In this document: piece by piece, positions 61,980 to 64,000 of the stretch
How positions within the stretch are numbered: position 1 is the first letter of the stretch
Layout of the letters: each line of letters starts with the position of its first letter
Origin: Paraphysomonas bandaiensis
Taxonomy: Eukaryota; Protista; Chrysophyceae
DNA length: 64,000 bases
Direction of reading: 5' to 3'
Assembly (NCBI GenBank): GCA_965644295.1
Contig: CBFFRP010000030.1
Location: forward strand, 1 to 64,000
Position numbers and translations under genes: made by a program
Notes under the pieces: generated by a model
Told to the model about the DNA's origin: nothing
Database searches by the model: none
What the model saw: the letters and a program-made list of their open reading frames with translations, nothing else

Positions 61980-64000
61980 CTAGCAGGTATGTTGATACCT
62001 CCCCCCCATTAGTGAATCCCGCAATCTGTGGAACGTGTTTGATGTGAGGGGTTTAGTTAGAATGTCGGCCAGCATCTCGTTTGTAGGCATGTAATCAACA
62101 ATAATAGAGTGCGATGCGACTTGTTCTCTTATGAAGTGATATCTGATGGCAATATGTTTTGTTCGTCGGTGGTGTACGGGGTTTAGGCATAGTTGAATTG
62201 CACCTTTGTTGTCACACCATATGGTTGTTGAGTATGGCATGTGGAAGCCCAATTCCGAGAGTAGTGACCGTAGCCAAATAGCTTCTTGACATGCTGTTGA
62301 TAGTGCCATGTACTCCGCTTCTGTAGAGGATAGAGCTACAGTGGTCTGGAGTCGTGATTGCCAGGAAATGAGACAATTTCCAATAAAGAAGCAAAACGCT
62401 GTGGTCGACCTGCGAGTTAAGTTACAGCGTGCCCAATCACTGTCAGCGAATCCAGTTAAAGTAACAGACTTCCCGGAGTACTGTAGACCTTGATCGATAG
62501 TGCCTTTGAGGTACCTAAGTATGTTTAATGCGGCTTTGCATGTAGTTAGATTTGGATTAGTACTGAAACGAGCAAGGGTGTTTACAGCATATGCAATATC
62601 AGGTCTAGTGCACACAGCAATATACATAAGTGAACCTATGAGCTCCTTGTAAGGAAAATTTTGGACAAATTCTTGATTTTCTTGAGATAGTTGTTTCTTT
62701 TCGAGAATGTCTATATGAAAATTTGTTGTCATGGGGTGACTACGTGGCTTGCAATCTTCCATGTTGAATCTGTGGAGTAGGTTCCGTATGTATTGAGATT
62801 GATTTAGTGTCGTAGTTCGATTCTGTATATCCTGTTTGACGAATATGCCGAGGTAGTAATCTAGGAGGCCGAGATCATGAATGTCGAATTTTTCAGCTAA
62901 CGAATTCTTGATTTGGATGATGTCAGTCCTACTTTTACCGGCGATAATGATGTCATCGACGTAAACTGCCAGAATTATGGGTCGACCATTGATTGATTTC
63001 GTGAATATGCACGGGTCGGACACTAATCTGGTAAAACCACAGTCTAACAAATAATTAGTACAACATTTATACCAATTTAACCCGGACTGTTTGAGTCCGT
63101 ATATACTCTTTAGAAGTCTGAGGACTTTACCGTTTGGAACATTGAGACCAGCGGGTGGATACATGTAAATTTCCTCTTGGAGGTCTGCATTGATGTAAGC
63201 AGTGGAGAAATCTACCTGGTGAAGCTCCAACCCAAGTATAGTTGCTAGTGCTATGACTGTTCTCATTGATGTGGCCTTTGCGACTGGGCTGTAGGTTTCG
63301 TTGTAGTCTTTACCCTCGACCTGGGAGAAACCTTGAGCCACTAACCTCGCCTTGAAGGTAACCTCATCTCGCTTGACCTTTACCCTAAACACGAATTTTC
63401 CCCTTATAATGTTGGAATTTGCTGGTGGTGTCGTTATCCTCCAACAGCCTTTGCTCTCTAGAGACTTGATTTCTTTGTTGATGGCTTTCAGCCATTGTTC
63501 CTTGTACCTGCCTGATAGTGCCTCGCCAACATTGTTAGGTGTGTTAGGTACATCATTGCTACATGTGTCATTTGCATGCATAATGATGTCAACATCATTC
63601 ATGTATAATGTTCTGTAACTATCATGTTTATCAGGTGTTTTGTGGTTGTACAAATATCTTTTATCAACATCACAGTGGTATATATTATCACCGAATTTGT
63701 GTACATTCATGATTACCCTTTTCCTGGTCTGCCTCTTGCTGTGGAGACTTTTCTTTACGCAACGGCTCACCTTGTGTCGGTGGGGTGTCCTTACACCCGT
63801 AATTGTGCCATCCGGGCTTTGCCGGCTCCTGTCACCCTGGGAATTCACAGTCTTGATAGCTCGTTTGACCTTACGAGCAGGGTGATCACGCTTGTTGTCA
63901 CCCCGTGCCTCCTTCGGCACTGTATTCCGCTGAGCTTCTGCTGTGCGGCGAGGCCTTGCCTCCTTTTCATTTGAGTAGGGTCCTCTCAAATGGCTGTGAC
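61980..64000 (-). CDS. Copia pol (RT + RNaseH), partial
   Basis: FKARLVAQGFSQ, LLKSIYGLKQSG, VYVDD, FADSDWA, HHRRTKHIAIRYH; uninterrupted for 669 aa. Confidence 0.95.
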   Translation of the reverse strand, partial: HSHLRGPYSNEKEARPRRTAEAQRNTVPKEARGDNKRDHPARKVKRAIKTVNSQGDRSRQSPDGTITGVRTPHRHKVSRCVKKSLHSKRQTRKRVIMNVHKFGDNIYHCDVDKRYLYNHKTPDKHDSYRTLYMNDVDIIMHANDTCSNDVPNTPNNVGEALSGRYKEQWLKAINKEIKSLESKGCWRITTPPANSNIIRGKFVFRVKVKRDEVTFKARLVAQGFSQVEGKDYNETYSPVAKATSMRTVIALATILGLELHQVDFSTAYINADLQEEIYMYPPAGLNVPNGKVLRLLKSIYGLKQSGLNWYKCCTNYLLDCGFTRLVSDPCIFTKSINGRPIILAVYVDDIIIAGKSRTDIIQIKNSLAEKFDIHDLGLLDYYLGIFVKQDIQNRTTTLNQSQYIRNLLHRFNMEDCKPRSHPMTTNFHIDILEKKQLSQENQEFVQNFPYKELIGSLMYIAVCTRPDIAYAVNTLARFSTNPNLTTCKAALNILRYLKGTIDQGLQYSGKSVTLTGFADSDWARCNLTRRSTTAFCFFIGNCLISWQSRLQTTVALSSTEAEYMALSTACQEAIWLRSLLSELGFHMPYSTTIWCDNKGAIQLCLNPVHHRRTKHIAIRYHFIREQVASHSIIVDYMPTNEMLADILTKPLTSNTFHRLRDSLMGGRYQHTC

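Larger units (their letters stand above)
61459..64000 (-). mobile_element. Ty1/Copia retrotransposon, 3' portion (continues beyond the window)
   Basis: RT/RNaseH ORF, PPT TTGAGGGGGAG (61745-61755), 3' LTR TATTAGGA...GACTAACA (61744 to 61459). Confidence 0.9.

Overview
Gene-dense eukaryotic nuclear DNA with short (about 45-100 nt) GT-AG introns. The host is most likely a flagellated, plastid-bearing stramenopile (ochrophyte), inferred from a Derlin with a bipartite leader, a PPIL6-type cyclophilin and a CryptonS-type transposon. Host genes: eIF4G, TBL1/HOS15-like LisH-WD40, stand-alone BED finger, small secreted Cys-rich protein, RFWD3-like RING-WD40, NOP56, SH3+WW, Derlin, two near-identical ELAV/Sxl-like RRM genes, PPIL6, ERdj3/DNAJB11, and a CLASP_N+IQ+CAP-Gly gene. 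About half the window is mobile DNA: an intact Ty1/Copia element with identical LTRs and a TTAGC TSD (40501-46032), a decayed relative (about 6110-9315), a third Copia whose 3' LTR abuts the CLASP-like coding exon (61459-64000), LTR fragments, three hAT remnants and a MITE. The most striking structure is a head-to-tail dimer (2 x 5559 bp, 22370-33492) of a tyrosine-recombinase (Crypton-like) element. Its units are joined and flanked by one 5-bp AAAAA core and have clustered inverted TRTGTAAA motifs at the ends. Each unit carries a defective PIF/Harbinger passenger, and the recombinase has Gln at the H/W catalytic position. Second is a conserved, possibly Tudor-like module after the integrase in two diverged Copia elements. 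All calls are from manual reading; no database searches were run.
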